Virus record (IMG/VR): IMGVR_UViG_2795385890_000001 | From: a virus | Lineage: Duplodnaviria; Heunggongvirae; Uroviricota; Caudoviricetes | Reading direction: 5' to 3' (one strand) | Length of the DNA: 25,738 nt | Shown here: in pieces, positions 7,692 through 15,472 of the stretch | Layout: every line of letters begins with the position of its first letter | Numbering within the stretch: the stretch's first letter is position 1 | Position numbers and translations under genes: made by a program | The notes under the pieces: generated by a model | The model's database searches: none | The model's input: only the letters and a program-made list of their open reading frames with translations | Told to the model about the DNA's origin: nothing

Positions 7692-9874
7692 TCCCTACCG
7701 AGTCTGATGTTGACGATGGCATTCGGATCTTGGGTTTCCAGCCAATTCCGAAGCGCGTCCTTCTCCTGTTTGGTCAAGTTACCAAGCGCGTTGTTGACCT
7801 GCCAATCGCCATAGGTGAATGCCTGCCGGTATCCGCCGCCCGCGCCGTCCGGATTGTGGATCACTGGCTGGGGAATTAGGCCCGAACCGGATGGGAACTG
7901 TGTGTCTGCGTACTCGCGCGCAAGGCGTTTCGCCTCGGACGGGCTGTACCCCGCGTCCATCAAGTCTTCGGCACCATAATCCGCAAGGCCTCTTCGTAGC
8001 TCATCTCTAAGGTCTGTGGTGGGTAGCCGTGGCGCGTCCATGTTGTCGAGAACTTGCTGGACGCTTTGCGTGTTGTAGCCGTGCTCCCACATTTGGGTAT
8101 GGCGGTCGATCTCTGCGCCGTGATCGGCAGCAATTTTGTCGGTGTATGTCGGGTGGTGAATGTCGTATTGCGGGGTTCGTGGCAACTCGTCTACGGGTAC
8201 CCCGTGGTGGGCTGCGAGGTCGGCAAGGTTCTGTTCACCTCTGGCCCAATCGAGTTGGTCGCGTTCGAGGCGGTGTGCGGCGCGGGAGTCGTTGAGGATG
8301 TCGTCGGCTGAACGTGGGAGTCCGGCAGCGTGTTCGATGTTGGCGGGAATGCCATGGTCTCCGCCTGGGTGGTCCGCCGCAGGTGTCGGGTGGTCCACTG
8401 TTGGTGCGGGATGTGTTGTGCCGCTTGGCGGTTCGGTGGGTGCGTGTCCTGATGTATGGGGTTCAGCGGTGTGCGGGCTGGGCGCGTGCCCTGGCGCAGC
8501 GTCTTCGAGTCCGTGGGTGAGGGCGCGGCCTTCGGTGCCGAGTAGTGCGCCTTCGCCGCCGACGGGTGCTGTTGCGATGCCTGCGGCGATTTCTATGCCG
8601 TGTTTGCCGATGAAGGCTTTGGGGTTGTCGATGCCGGATTTGACCTCATCGATAGCGCCCTTAGCCTGGTCGATGCCGCGTTCCACCTGGTGGACGGGAT
8701 CGGGGTTGACTACATCCCACAGCCCTTTAGCGACGCCCTTCCATGCCTCTTTCGCGTGGTCGCCACCGTTGATACCCAGCAGGTCATCCTTGGCGCGGCC
8801 AGCTTGATCCCAAGACTCGGCGAATGCCCCGCCACCGGATTGCCGGACACGCTCAGGTGTACCGGGTTCGGGTGTTGCGACCATGGGCCGGTCCTGCTGG
8901 GCGCCCTTGATGGCCTCGGATAGCTTGGCCTCCACCTGATCAGGCGGATACTGCGTGGCCAGGATGCTGCGGAACTTGTCGATGGCCGCTTTGCCCTGCG
9001 GAGTGTTGGGGTCCAGCTTGGGCGCTGGCACCGTACGGGCATCCGGTGGCGATGGTGGTTTGTCCAACGGGCTCTTGGGCTCGGTAATACCCATTACGCC
9101 CAGTTTGTCGGTGAGGCCACCTGCGCGTGGATCGGGTTGGAAGGGCTTGTCGCCGGGTGAGGGCGGCCCAAGCACGGGCGCGTTCGGATCGACAGCGGTA
9201 GCGGCTGCTGCTTGTGTGCTGGCCGGGCTTGACTCCTTCGGGTACCACTGCTTGTAGAAGTTGGCATCCTGCGCGGTGTCAGGCTTCCGGGGTGCCGTGT
9301 CTTTGACGGCCTTGCCGATGTCGAAAGTGCCTGCCGCGCCGTTGACTTCGTTCTCAATGTCGCGGACCGCACCCTCGGCTAAACGCTTAACCTCTTGTTC
9401 GGCCTCCCACCACTTACGCGCCGACTCTCTAAGCTCCTCACCCCTGGCTTTGGCTACCTTGGCATTCTCGGCCGCCAGCTCCTCACTGATTCCCGGTGGC
9501 GGGTTGTAACCCACTTCCAGATCCTCCGAAAGGGTCAGACCCTTATCGCGTTGTCGCTCAATGTTTTCGATCATGTGCTGGCAGTTGGTCAACTCAGGCA
9601 CAATCGTGTGATCCACTGCCAGGCCAGCAGTCGTTTGAAACTTAGTATCTATGTCCTGAATCCGGGCCGTGACTTTCCAACCATCAGCGGCATTGCGTTG
9701 GCCTGCCTCGGCGGTCTGCCCCTCCCACGCCGTGCCACCGGGTTTATCGACATAACCCTTAAACGTCGAGATGTGCTGCTCATACTTGGTGGCCATCGCG
9801 TGCACAGCATCGAGCTGAGGCCGATATGAGTTCGCATCAATCCCGAGAATCACCGACTTCGTTGGCCCCGACAT
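7688..9874 (-). CDS. ESX-secreted polymorphic toxin: WXG100-like N-terminus, Pro-rich linker, Ntox15 (Tde-like) DNase C-terminus
   Basis: WEG at ~aa 50; C-terminal 'VIHNPDGAGGG...GDWQVNNALG...VNIRL' matches the Ntox15 HxxD signature (HNPD at 7847-7858); followed by Tdi-type immunity genes. Confidence 0.88.
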   Translation of the reverse strand: MSGPTKSVILGIDANSYRPQLDAVHAMATKYEQHISTFKGYVDKPGGTAWEGQTAEAGQRNAADGWKVTARIQDIDTKFQTTAGLAVDHTIVPELTNCQHMIENIERQRDKGLTLSEDLEVGYNPPPGISEELAAENAKVAKARGEELRESARKWWEAEQEVKRLAEGAVRDIENEVNGAAGTFDIGKAVKDTAPRKPDTAQDANFYKQWYPKESSPASTQAAAATAVDPNAPVLGPPSPGDKPFQPDPRAGGLTDKLGVMGITEPKSPLDKPPSPPDARTVPAPKLDPNTPQGKAAIDKFRSILATQYPPDQVEAKLSEAIKGAQQDRPMVATPEPGTPERVRQSGGGAFAESWDQAGRAKDDLLGINGGDHAKEAWKGVAKGLWDVVNPDPVHQVERGIDQAKGAIDEVKSGIDNPKAFIGKHGIEIAAGIATAPVGGEGALLGTEGRALTHGLEDAAPGHAPSPHTAEPHTSGHAPTEPPSGTTHPAPTVDHPTPAADHPGGDHGIPANIEHAAGLPRSADDILNDSRAAHRLERDQLDWARGEQNLADLAAHHGVPVDELPRTPQYDIHHPTYTDKIAADHGAEIDRHTQMWEHGYNTQSVQQVLDNMDAPRLPTTDLRDELRRGLADYGAEDLMDAGYSPSEAKRLAREYADTQFPSGSGLIPQPVIHNPDGAGGGYRQAFTYGDWQVNNALGNLTKQEKDALRNWLETQDPNAIVNIRLGRE

Positions 9875-9884
9875 CCCAGAACCC

Positions 9885-10202
9885 CTACGCGTGCGGGGTT
9901 GGATGCTGGGACATATTGCCGATCGAACGCATCACGGCCACCCCGTGCTCCTCGTTTTCGATCACGCCCGACAGGAACGCGCCCCGCACATCATTGAACG
10001 CACCCGTCCACCCCACCAAGGCATTCCCCACATTCGGCAGAGTCTCGGTAGCCAACCGTTGCAACGCCGCCAGCGCTGGGCTAGCACCGGGAGACGACGC
10101 ACCGCCTGCGTGTATGTCGCTACGCAACTCTCCCCGAAGGGTATCGATCTGTTTGCCCAACCTGTCGAGCGCATCCAGATCAGCCCGCAAAACGCCGCCC
10201 AT
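9885..10202 (-). CDS. WXG100-like / type VII secretion partner protein
   Basis: 105 aa helical; 'VLRADLDALDRLG' start and WTG motif; directly upstream of the toxin. Confidence 0.8.
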   Translation of the reverse strand: MGGVLRADLDALDRLGKQIDTLRGELRSDIHAGGASSPGASPALAALQRLATETLPNVGNALVGWTGAFNDVRGAFLSGVIENEEHGVAVMRSIGNMSQHPTPHA

Positions 10203-10366
10203 GCACCGCCCCTTGTGCTTTGGAAATCTAGAACCGGGCTACAGTTCGGCCCGGTCGGTCACTGTGAGCGTAGTAGCAGGAATTGGCTGCCGTCTAGCCA
10301 AACGACGATATTCGCGCAGTAAGCGGGGCATTGCAGTGCCGTCAAAGGCGGAAGGTAAGGGTTGCG

Positions 10367-10819
10367 CTAACAACCGGCGGCGGCGGCTAAATCCTGCTCC
10401 CGCGGTGTCCGGTTGGCGGGCGAGGTGGCGCATGCCCGGTCCACATCTCGGCCGCCCTGGTTGTTGTTCGACTGGGCCTGGTTAACCCGTTCCAGGCGAG
10501 TGGGGCACACGTAACGCATGCCCCGCCGGACAATAGCCATGGTGCCATCGGTGTCCGCGGCGACCATCGACTCGAACTCGTCGACGGTCTTGTCGCAGTC
10601 CTGCGCCGCCAGCTCGTAGAGGCGTGCCATGTCCGGTGAAGCCCCGGGGCTCGCGGCAAGTATCTCGGCCTTCCAGCCGCTCATGTCGACCGACGTCTGG
10701 GGCAGTATCGCCGGTTTTTGTGCCGCGGAAGTCGTCGGCGTCTTCTCCGCCGGTGCACCGCCGCACCCTGCCATCGCAGCCGCTGCCACCACGATGCATA
10801 GCCCCCACCTAATTCTCAT
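10367..10819 (-). CDS. Putative lipoprotein
   Basis: Signal peptide with lipobox 'AMAG-C', Pro/Thr-rich linker, paired Cys. Confidence 0.8.
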   Translation of the reverse strand: MRIRWGLCIVVAAAAMAGCGGAPAEKTPTTSAAQKPAILPQTSVDMSGWKAEILAASPGASPDMARLYELAAQDCDKTVDEFESMVAADTDGTMAIVRRGMRYVCPTRLERVNQAQSNNNQGGRDVDRACATSPANRTPREQDLAAAAGC

Positions 10820-10881
10820 GGCCGAACTCTAAACCGGGGTAGCCGCGAAAGGGGGACCGTTGACGACAAACCGCTCGACAC

Positions 10882-10903
10882 AACGTATAGCGCGCTATAC
10901 GTT
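10882..10903. promoter_or_regulatory. Palindromic operator copy 2 (perfect 22-bp AACGTATAGCGCGCTATACGTT) inside a SigA-like promoter
   Basis: Perfect inverted repeat; TCGACA (10875-80), 17 bp, TACGTT (10898-903). Confidence 0.8.
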
Positions 10904-10942
10904 CAAGTGGAATTTCCAGCGAACACCAGGGAAGGTCTCACC

Positions 10943-11260
10943 ATGTCAATTGCAAGCACTGCAATCACGCTGACCGCGGACGAGTTGGATGTGGTCAGCC
11001 GCTCCATGCTTGTCCACGAACCGCACCCGGACGTACGTCCGGCCTTCGACTGGGTAGGTCGGGGTCACCGGCCGCCGTGTCTCGCCTACCGCGGTGACCG
11101 GGTCGTCGAGTTCGGATACGAGGTCGCGGTGGTGGTGGCGGCCCGGCAGGGAGATGACGACGTCTACGCGATCCGCAGGGCCATCGAATCCCTCGGGCCT
11201 TGTCATCGCCAGGGCCGTATCCACTTCTGGCCAGGTGTGATTCCCGCGGTTGCCGCCTGA
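10943..11260 (+). CDS. Hypothetical protein (105 aa)
   Basis: ATG 10943 after GGGAAGG; downstream of the operator/promoter; followed by a terminator. Confidence 0.7.
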   Translation: MSIASTAITLTADELDVVSRSMLVHEPHPDVRPAFDWVGRGHRPPCLAYRGDRVVEFGYEVAVVVAARQGDDDVYAIRRAIESLGPCHRQGRIHFWPGVIPAVAA

Positions 11261-11277
11261 ATCTTCCTAGTTACTTC

Positions 11278-11314
11278 TCACCCCCGCCCCATGTGGGCGG
11301 GGGTGATTTCTTTT
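11278..11314 (+). terminator. Intrinsic terminator
   Basis: TCACCCCCGCCC-CATGT-GGGCGGGGGTGA 12-bp stem followed by TTTCTTTT. Confidence 0.85.
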
Positions 11315-11335
11315 CTTCATGCTCATGCTTGCCTA

Positions 11336-11357
11336 AACGTATAGTGCGCTATACATT
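11336..11357. promoter_or_regulatory. Palindromic operator copy 3 (AACGTATAGTGCGCTATACATT) inside a SigA-like promoter
   Basis: Core has one mismatch to copy 2; TTGCCT (11329-34), 17 bp, TACATT (11352-57). Confidence 0.78.
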
Positions 11358-11394
11358 CGAGCTATCGGTTAAGCAAACATCAACAGGAGGAACC

Positions 11395-12579
11395 ATGACC
11401 GCGCCAACACTCCCCGCAGTACCCGCCCGCACCCTGCGCAACGCCAACATCGGAAACCTCATAACGCTGCTGGAGCAGCAGCACCGGCAGAAGGTGGACA
11501 TCGTCATGCCCGTCTCTGACGTGCGGTTCACCGGCGGCGACCTGGTCATCTCGGACCAGGCGCCCGACATCAACGACGAAGGCGTCACCGACTTCAACGG
11601 GACCTACCGGATGACCGACCGCTCCGACAGCCAGCTCGGCGACGTCCTCGACATCCCCACCCGCTATGTCCGCAAGCTGCGCGCACAGCACCTGGAACTG
11701 ATGGACACCAACGTCAACGAACTGGCCCGGGTGCACGACCCCGCCAAGAAGGTCCTCGTCCGCATGCTGTCGGGCAGCGACCCCATGTACCCCGGCACCC
11801 ACGGCATCGTCCGCGCTGTGCTGTCCGACCGGTACGGCATCCGCGACAACCTCGACACCGTGCTCGCACTGCTCGATGGGATGCGCGCGGCCGGTCTCGG
11901 CGCCCAGCACATCCGCGGCGCAGACTTGTCCGACGAGAGGCTGTACCTGCGGGTGACCGCACCGGAGCTGGAGGTCGTTGCCCCCAAGCTGCTGGAGGGC
12001 TACCGCTCACCCTGGGCAGGCACAGCACACGGCGGCGAAGCCGCCAACACCCTGCCGGTCGTCTACGCCGGAATGCTGGTCACCAATAGCGAGACCGGCG
12101 GCGGCGCACTCACCATCACCCCAGAGCTGCGTATCAGGATCTGCGACAACGGCCTCACCATCAACGCCGACGCCATGCGCAAGATCCACCTCGGCAAGAA
12201 GCTGGACGACGGCAAGGTGAACTGGTCGGCCGACACCATCGACGCCGCCAACGACCTGATCAAGAAGCAGGTCCGCGACGCCGTCGCGTCCTTCATGAAC
12301 GTCGACTACGTGAAGACCGCTATCGAGAAGCTGGAGGAGACCAGCGGCACCCCGCTCACCGCCCCTGCCGACGTGATCGAGGTCGTGGCCAAGAAGCTGT
12401 CCTACAGCCAGGACGAACAGCGCGGCATCCTGGACCACTTCATCAAGGGCGGCCAGATGACCGCGGGCGGCGTCATGCAGGCCGTCACGTCGTACGCCCA
12501 GCTGATCGCTGACGTCGACCGCTCCAACGAATTCGCGGCCACCGGTGTGGACGCCATGCTCGTGGCCGCCGGTCGCTGA
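11395..12579 (+). CDS. DUF932-like family protein (394 aa)
   Basis: GGAGG RBS and ATG 11395; 'NSETGGGALTITPELRIRICDNGL' resembles the DUF932 NSxDG...RxxCxNGL motif. Confidence 0.75.
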   Translation: MTAPTLPAVPARTLRNANIGNLITLLEQQHRQKVDIVMPVSDVRFTGGDLVISDQAPDINDEGVTDFNGTYRMTDRSDSQLGDVLDIPTRYVRKLRAQHLELMDTNVNELARVHDPAKKVLVRMLSGSDPMYPGTHGIVRAVLSDRYGIRDNLDTVLALLDGMRAAGLGAQHIRGADLSDERLYLRVTAPELEVVAPKLLEGYRSPWAGTAHGGEAANTLPVVYAGMLVTNSETGGGALTITPELRIRICDNGLTINADAMRKIHLGKKLDDGKVNWSADTIDAANDLIKKQVRDAVASFMNVDYVKTAIEKLEETSGTPLTAPADVIEVVAKKLSYSQDEQRGILDHFIKGGQMTAGGVMQAVTSYAQLIADVDRSNEFAATGVDAMLVAAGR

Positions 12580-12587
12580 CTGCTGTA

Positions 12588-12650
12588 GGGGAAGGAGGGC
12601 CACCCGAGGGGAAGGAGGGCCACCCGAGGGGATGGGTGGCCCTCCTTCTA
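12588..12650. terminator. Terminator-like hairpin with a tandemly duplicated 20-bp left arm, between convergent genes
   Basis: GAAGGAGGGCCACCCGAGGG x2 (12591-12630), then the inverted GGGTGGCCCTCCTTC (12634-12648). Confidence 0.7.
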
Positions 12651-12944
12651 TTCAGGGTCGACGACCCGGAGTCTCGGCGGTTCCGCTGCATCCTCCGGTG
12701 CAGCGTCGAGCGCTTCCCTGACGCATTTCGCGATGTGCTCCGCTAACCCGTGGATAACGTCCTCGGTGACGTACGCCTTCGCCGCGCGCCGCTGAATCCG
12801 CATGCGCTCGGCAACGAAATCCACATGCGCGGAGACGTCCTCGCGGGCAGTGCTCTCGCTGATGGTCAGCCCGTATTGCTCGGCTAGCGTCTGGATGAGC
12901 AGGTTTGCTCGTGCGTTTAGCCACGGTGACTTGCGGGCAGGCAT
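12648..12944 (-). CDS. Hypothetical protein (98 aa, MPARKSPW...)
   Basis: Helical ORF just downstream of the integrase on the same strand; start chosen to avoid overlap with the integrase. Confidence 0.65.
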   Translation of the reverse strand: MPARKSPWLNARANLLIQTLAEQYGLTISESTAREDVSAHVDFVAERMRIQRRAAKAYVTEDVIHGLAEHIAKCVREALDAAPEDAAEPPRLRVVDPE

Positions 12945-12969
12945 GCGGCGTAACCCTACCGGCGCCTGC

Positions 12970-13974
12970 TTAACTTCCGGGGTATAACGGGGGCAATTGA
13001 TCAGATAGTAATGCCGTTGATGCAATAACAGCGACGGCAGCGGCGCCGCCTGCGACTGCGCTGCCAGCCCACCTTGCCGCCTTCGCTAGAGGGGGCGGTC
13101 CAGAGGAGGCAGCCATCATGGCTGCCCGCTTTTCGTCGTCATCCACAGCGGTGTATAGCTGCGTAGTAGCAACCGATGAGTGGCCTAACAACTCCTGCAC
13201 GGCGCGTATGTCCCGTGTGCCCCGGTATGCACGTGTAGCGAAACGGTGGCGCAGCTTGTGCATCGTCCACACACCCGGCATCGCCTTCGCACACAACTTG
13301 CCGACCCATCGCGGGGACAGGTGCCCGTTGTCGTCGCCAGGGAATAGATAACCGCCCGACCCTAGGCCCGGGGTGTGACCACCTGGCCCGGCCGCGACCA
13401 TGTCCGCGAGGTCATCGGAAATGGGTATGGTCCGCTCCTTGCCGCCCTTGCCATGTACGACCAGAAGGTATCCCCCGATGCCCTCCAGTAGGTCGTCTGT
13501 GTGCACGGCGGCGACTTCACCGCGTCGTAACCCGCCATCGCAGGCCAGGTACAGCATGACCATGGTGCGGGGGTCGGCCGCCAGAAGCGACTCTTTCCAC
13601 ACGCGATCTGGTGCCGGTTTAGGTGCCGGTGGCTCTGGCGAGACGGCCTCCAGCCCGGCGGCTGGGTTAGACAAAAGGTGTCCCTTGGCATGCGCCCAGC
13701 CGAAAAACCCCCGAGTTGTCGTCCGGTATCCGCGACGAGTTTCGCGTTGCCAGTGTTTTTGCTTAGCAAACCACTCGATGAGCGTTTCCTCGGTCACCTC
13801 ATAGGGCGCCGCATCCAGTCCGCGGGCTAATCGGTGAAGGTGCGACATGCGTGTCGCGATGGTCGTCCGCGGGCTACCGTCCGCCTCCAAAGCGGTGCGG
13901 TACTTCGCGATTATCCCCTGCCATTCTGGTGGCGCCGGTAGCGGCGCCGGTCCAGTCCCCCTTGTAGTTGTCAT
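12970..13974 (-). CDS. int: Prophage tyrosine integrase, XerC/D-like, lacking an N-terminal arm-binding domain
   Basis: R (GLRRGE), K (HGKGGKER), HKLRH, LGH and QLY catalytic motifs; start ~230 bp from the att core. Confidence 0.9.
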   Translation of the reverse strand: MTTTRGTGPAPLPAPPEWQGIIAKYRTALEADGSPRTTIATRMSHLHRLARGLDAAPYEVTEETLIEWFAKQKHWQRETRRGYRTTTRGFFGWAHAKGHLLSNPAAGLEAVSPEPPAPKPAPDRVWKESLLAADPRTMVMLYLACDGGLRRGEVAAVHTDDLLEGIGGYLLVVHGKGGKERTIPISDDLADMVAAGPGGHTPGLGSGGYLFPGDDNGHLSPRWVGKLCAKAMPGVWTMHKLRHRFATRAYRGTRDIRAVQELLGHSSVATTQLYTAVDDDEKRAAMMAASSGPPPLAKAARWAGSAVAGGAAAVAVIASTALLSDQLPPLYPGS

Positions 13975-14098
13975 TAGAGCGGAACCGTAAATCGAAGTCG
14001 GAAATTCACAGATATTTCCAAGGGGTTTGTTATCAAACTGCAAGATCCGATCATCTGACAGTCGAATTCAGCAAACATGCGTAACCAGACCCGTAGTG

Positions 14099-14239
14099 TC
14101 ATGCGGCATCGGCTTCGAGTTCTGCTGCGCGCCGCCTGCTGCGGTGCGCTACTAGGTCTGTAGGCTCGGTGTCGATGCAGGTCAACGGGTTTCGAACTAC
14201 TGACCAGAAGGTTAGGGGTTCGAATCCCTTCGGGCGCAC
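14099..14239 (-). pseudogene. Severed C-terminal tail of an integration-dependent phage repressor (VRPKGFEPLTFWSVVRNPLTCIDTEPTDLVAHRSRRRAAELEADAA*) ending in an ssrA-like tag
   Basis: 46-codon open frame running antisense through the att core to TGA at 14101-14099, ending ADAA; lies directly upstream of an arm-less integrase. Confidence 0.72.
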
Positions 14240-14241
14240 CA
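14205..14241 (+). repeat. att core copy 1 (prophage attR / satellite attL): 3' end of tRNA-Arg including CCA
   Basis: CAGAAGGTTAGGGGTTCGAATCCCTTCGGGCGCAC(CA): T-arm GGTTCGAATCC, acceptor strand and ACCA; 35 bp identical to 23839-23873; no 5' tRNA half upstream. Confidence 0.92.
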
Positions 14242-14308
14242 TCTATCAGTGCAAATACGCGTTACGGAGTGCGTGACACGCCCGGAATCTGATACTTTCC
14301 CTCCACTT

Positions 14309-15472
14309 TTAGCCGCCACTTTCAGCGAACTGCTCCAAAGCCGCTCGGACATCGGGGCCTCGGGTCTGGCGCTCTAAGTAATGCGCCTCGGTGGTGGCCA
14401 ACTTGGAATGGGAGAGCTGCTGCTGCGCCTTATCAGGGCCGTGAGCATCACGGACAACGGTGGCGACCGTGCGTCTGAACGAGTGCGGCGTGACCCAGCT
14501 CAGTTCATCCGGCAGAGCTGCACGCAGAGCCCGACGCATGTTGGCTAGGGACATCCAGCCGCCCTGACGATTGGCGAACACTGGGCCTTCCATACCGGAC
14601 TCTCCGACAAGCTCCGTGAGGGTCTCAACACCAAACTTGGGTAGAACAACGGTGTGCGGGGGAGCATGGTGCTTGCGGTGGTCCTGCCGGTGCAGTGGCT
14701 TACCCACGATGCGCCCGTGGTCGATCAACGTCCCGGTAATCGTCAGGGTAGGTGGGTCCGCCAACAGGTCAACATCAGACCACCTCGTAGCTAGTACTTC
14801 GCTGGGTCGGCAACCTGTCGCCACCAACACGTCAATGAATGCGGCGAGAAGTCGGCCAGGACGCGGCCCGGAACCTTTCCGAGTCGAGTACGCCTGGACG
14901 GCAGCCCGGATCTGCCGGAACTCAGCTGCTGTAGCCGCGCGAGCTGGCTTACGCGTCGTTTTGACCGGCTTCGCCTCGCGGATCGGGTTCACCGGTAGGA
15001 CATCGAATCTAACGGCCATCGAGAACATTCCCGACAGCACCGTGCGCAGCCGCTTGGCCTGAGTCGTTGCCCCCATCCCCTGTAGATAGTTGTGCGCCGA
15101 TTGGGTGCGTAACTCCGTGACCCTTAGGGAGCCCAACTGGGCGGCGCCATGGGTTTTCCATACCGCCCGATACTGGTCTACCGTCTGCTGTAGAACGCCG
15201 TCCTCGGCTGCCTTTGCTTCGATCCACAGATCGAACAAGTCAGTGAGGGCGGTTTTTTCTGTCACCAGTTGCCCGGAGAGCGGCGCGCGTCGGGCGTTCA
15301 AGTGCCGCTGGAGCGCGCGCCGCGCATCCTCGGCAGATTTCTCGCTGGACCGCTCTACTCGTCGCCGCTTGCCATCAGAGTCACGCACGTAGGTAGAAGC
15401 GAAAAACATTCGACCACTTACCCGTTCGGTGATCTTGCCGTGCTCCCCCGGAGCGAGCCGCTGCCTAGGCAT
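14309..15472 (-). CDS. int: Satellite tyrosine integrase with an N-terminal arm-binding region
   Basis: GCRPSE, HSFRR, LSH and HY motifs; basic N-terminal beta domain 'YVRDSDGKRRRVERS'; adjacent to the att core. Confidence 0.93.
   Translation of the reverse strand: MPRQRLAPGEHGKITERVSGRMFFASTYVRDSDGKRRRVERSSEKSAEDARRALQRHLNARRAPLSGQLVTEKTALTDLFDLWIEAKAAEDGVLQQTVDQYRAVWKTHGAAQLGSLRVTELRTQSAHNYLQGMGATTQAKRLRTVLSGMFSMAVRFDVLPVNPIREAKPVKTTRKPARAATAAEFRQIRAAVQAYSTRKGSGPRPGRLLAAFIDVLVATGCRPSEVLATRWSDVDLLADPPTLTITGTLIDHGRIVGKPLHRQDHRKHHAPPHTVVLPKFGVETLTELVGESGMEGPVFANRQGGWMSLANMRRALRAALPDELSWVTPHSFRRTVATVVRDAHGPDKAQQQLSHSKLATTEAHYLERQTRGPDVRAALEQFAESGG

Larger units (their letters stand above)
1..14239. 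mobile_element. Right end of an integrated siphoviral mycobacterial prophage (tail, lysis, accessory cassette, integrase, attR); continues left of the window
   Basis: Tail, lysA, lysB and holin gene order, then accessory genes, a tyrosine integrase and a tRNA 3'-end fragment at 14205-14241. Confidence 0.93.

Noticed and set aside
11200-11394. Upstream extension of the DUF932-like ORF
   Set aside because: It spans a terminator and promoter; a strong GGAGG RBS precedes ATG 11395.
13152-13167. Fourth copy of the GTATAGC operator
   Set aside because: Only a half-site, inside the integrase coding sequence, with no palindrome.
14170-14241. Intact tRNA-Arg gene
   Set aside because: Only the T-arm, acceptor 3' strand and a mismatched anticodon-arm remnant are present; no 5' acceptor strand or D-arm upstream. 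The same holds at 23839-23873. Both are att cores.
12970-15472. Two integrases as an invertase/shufflon or a duplicated gene
   Set aside because: The proteins are unrelated in architecture, lie on opposite sides of an att core, and no inverted recombination sites were seen; they belong to two separate elements.
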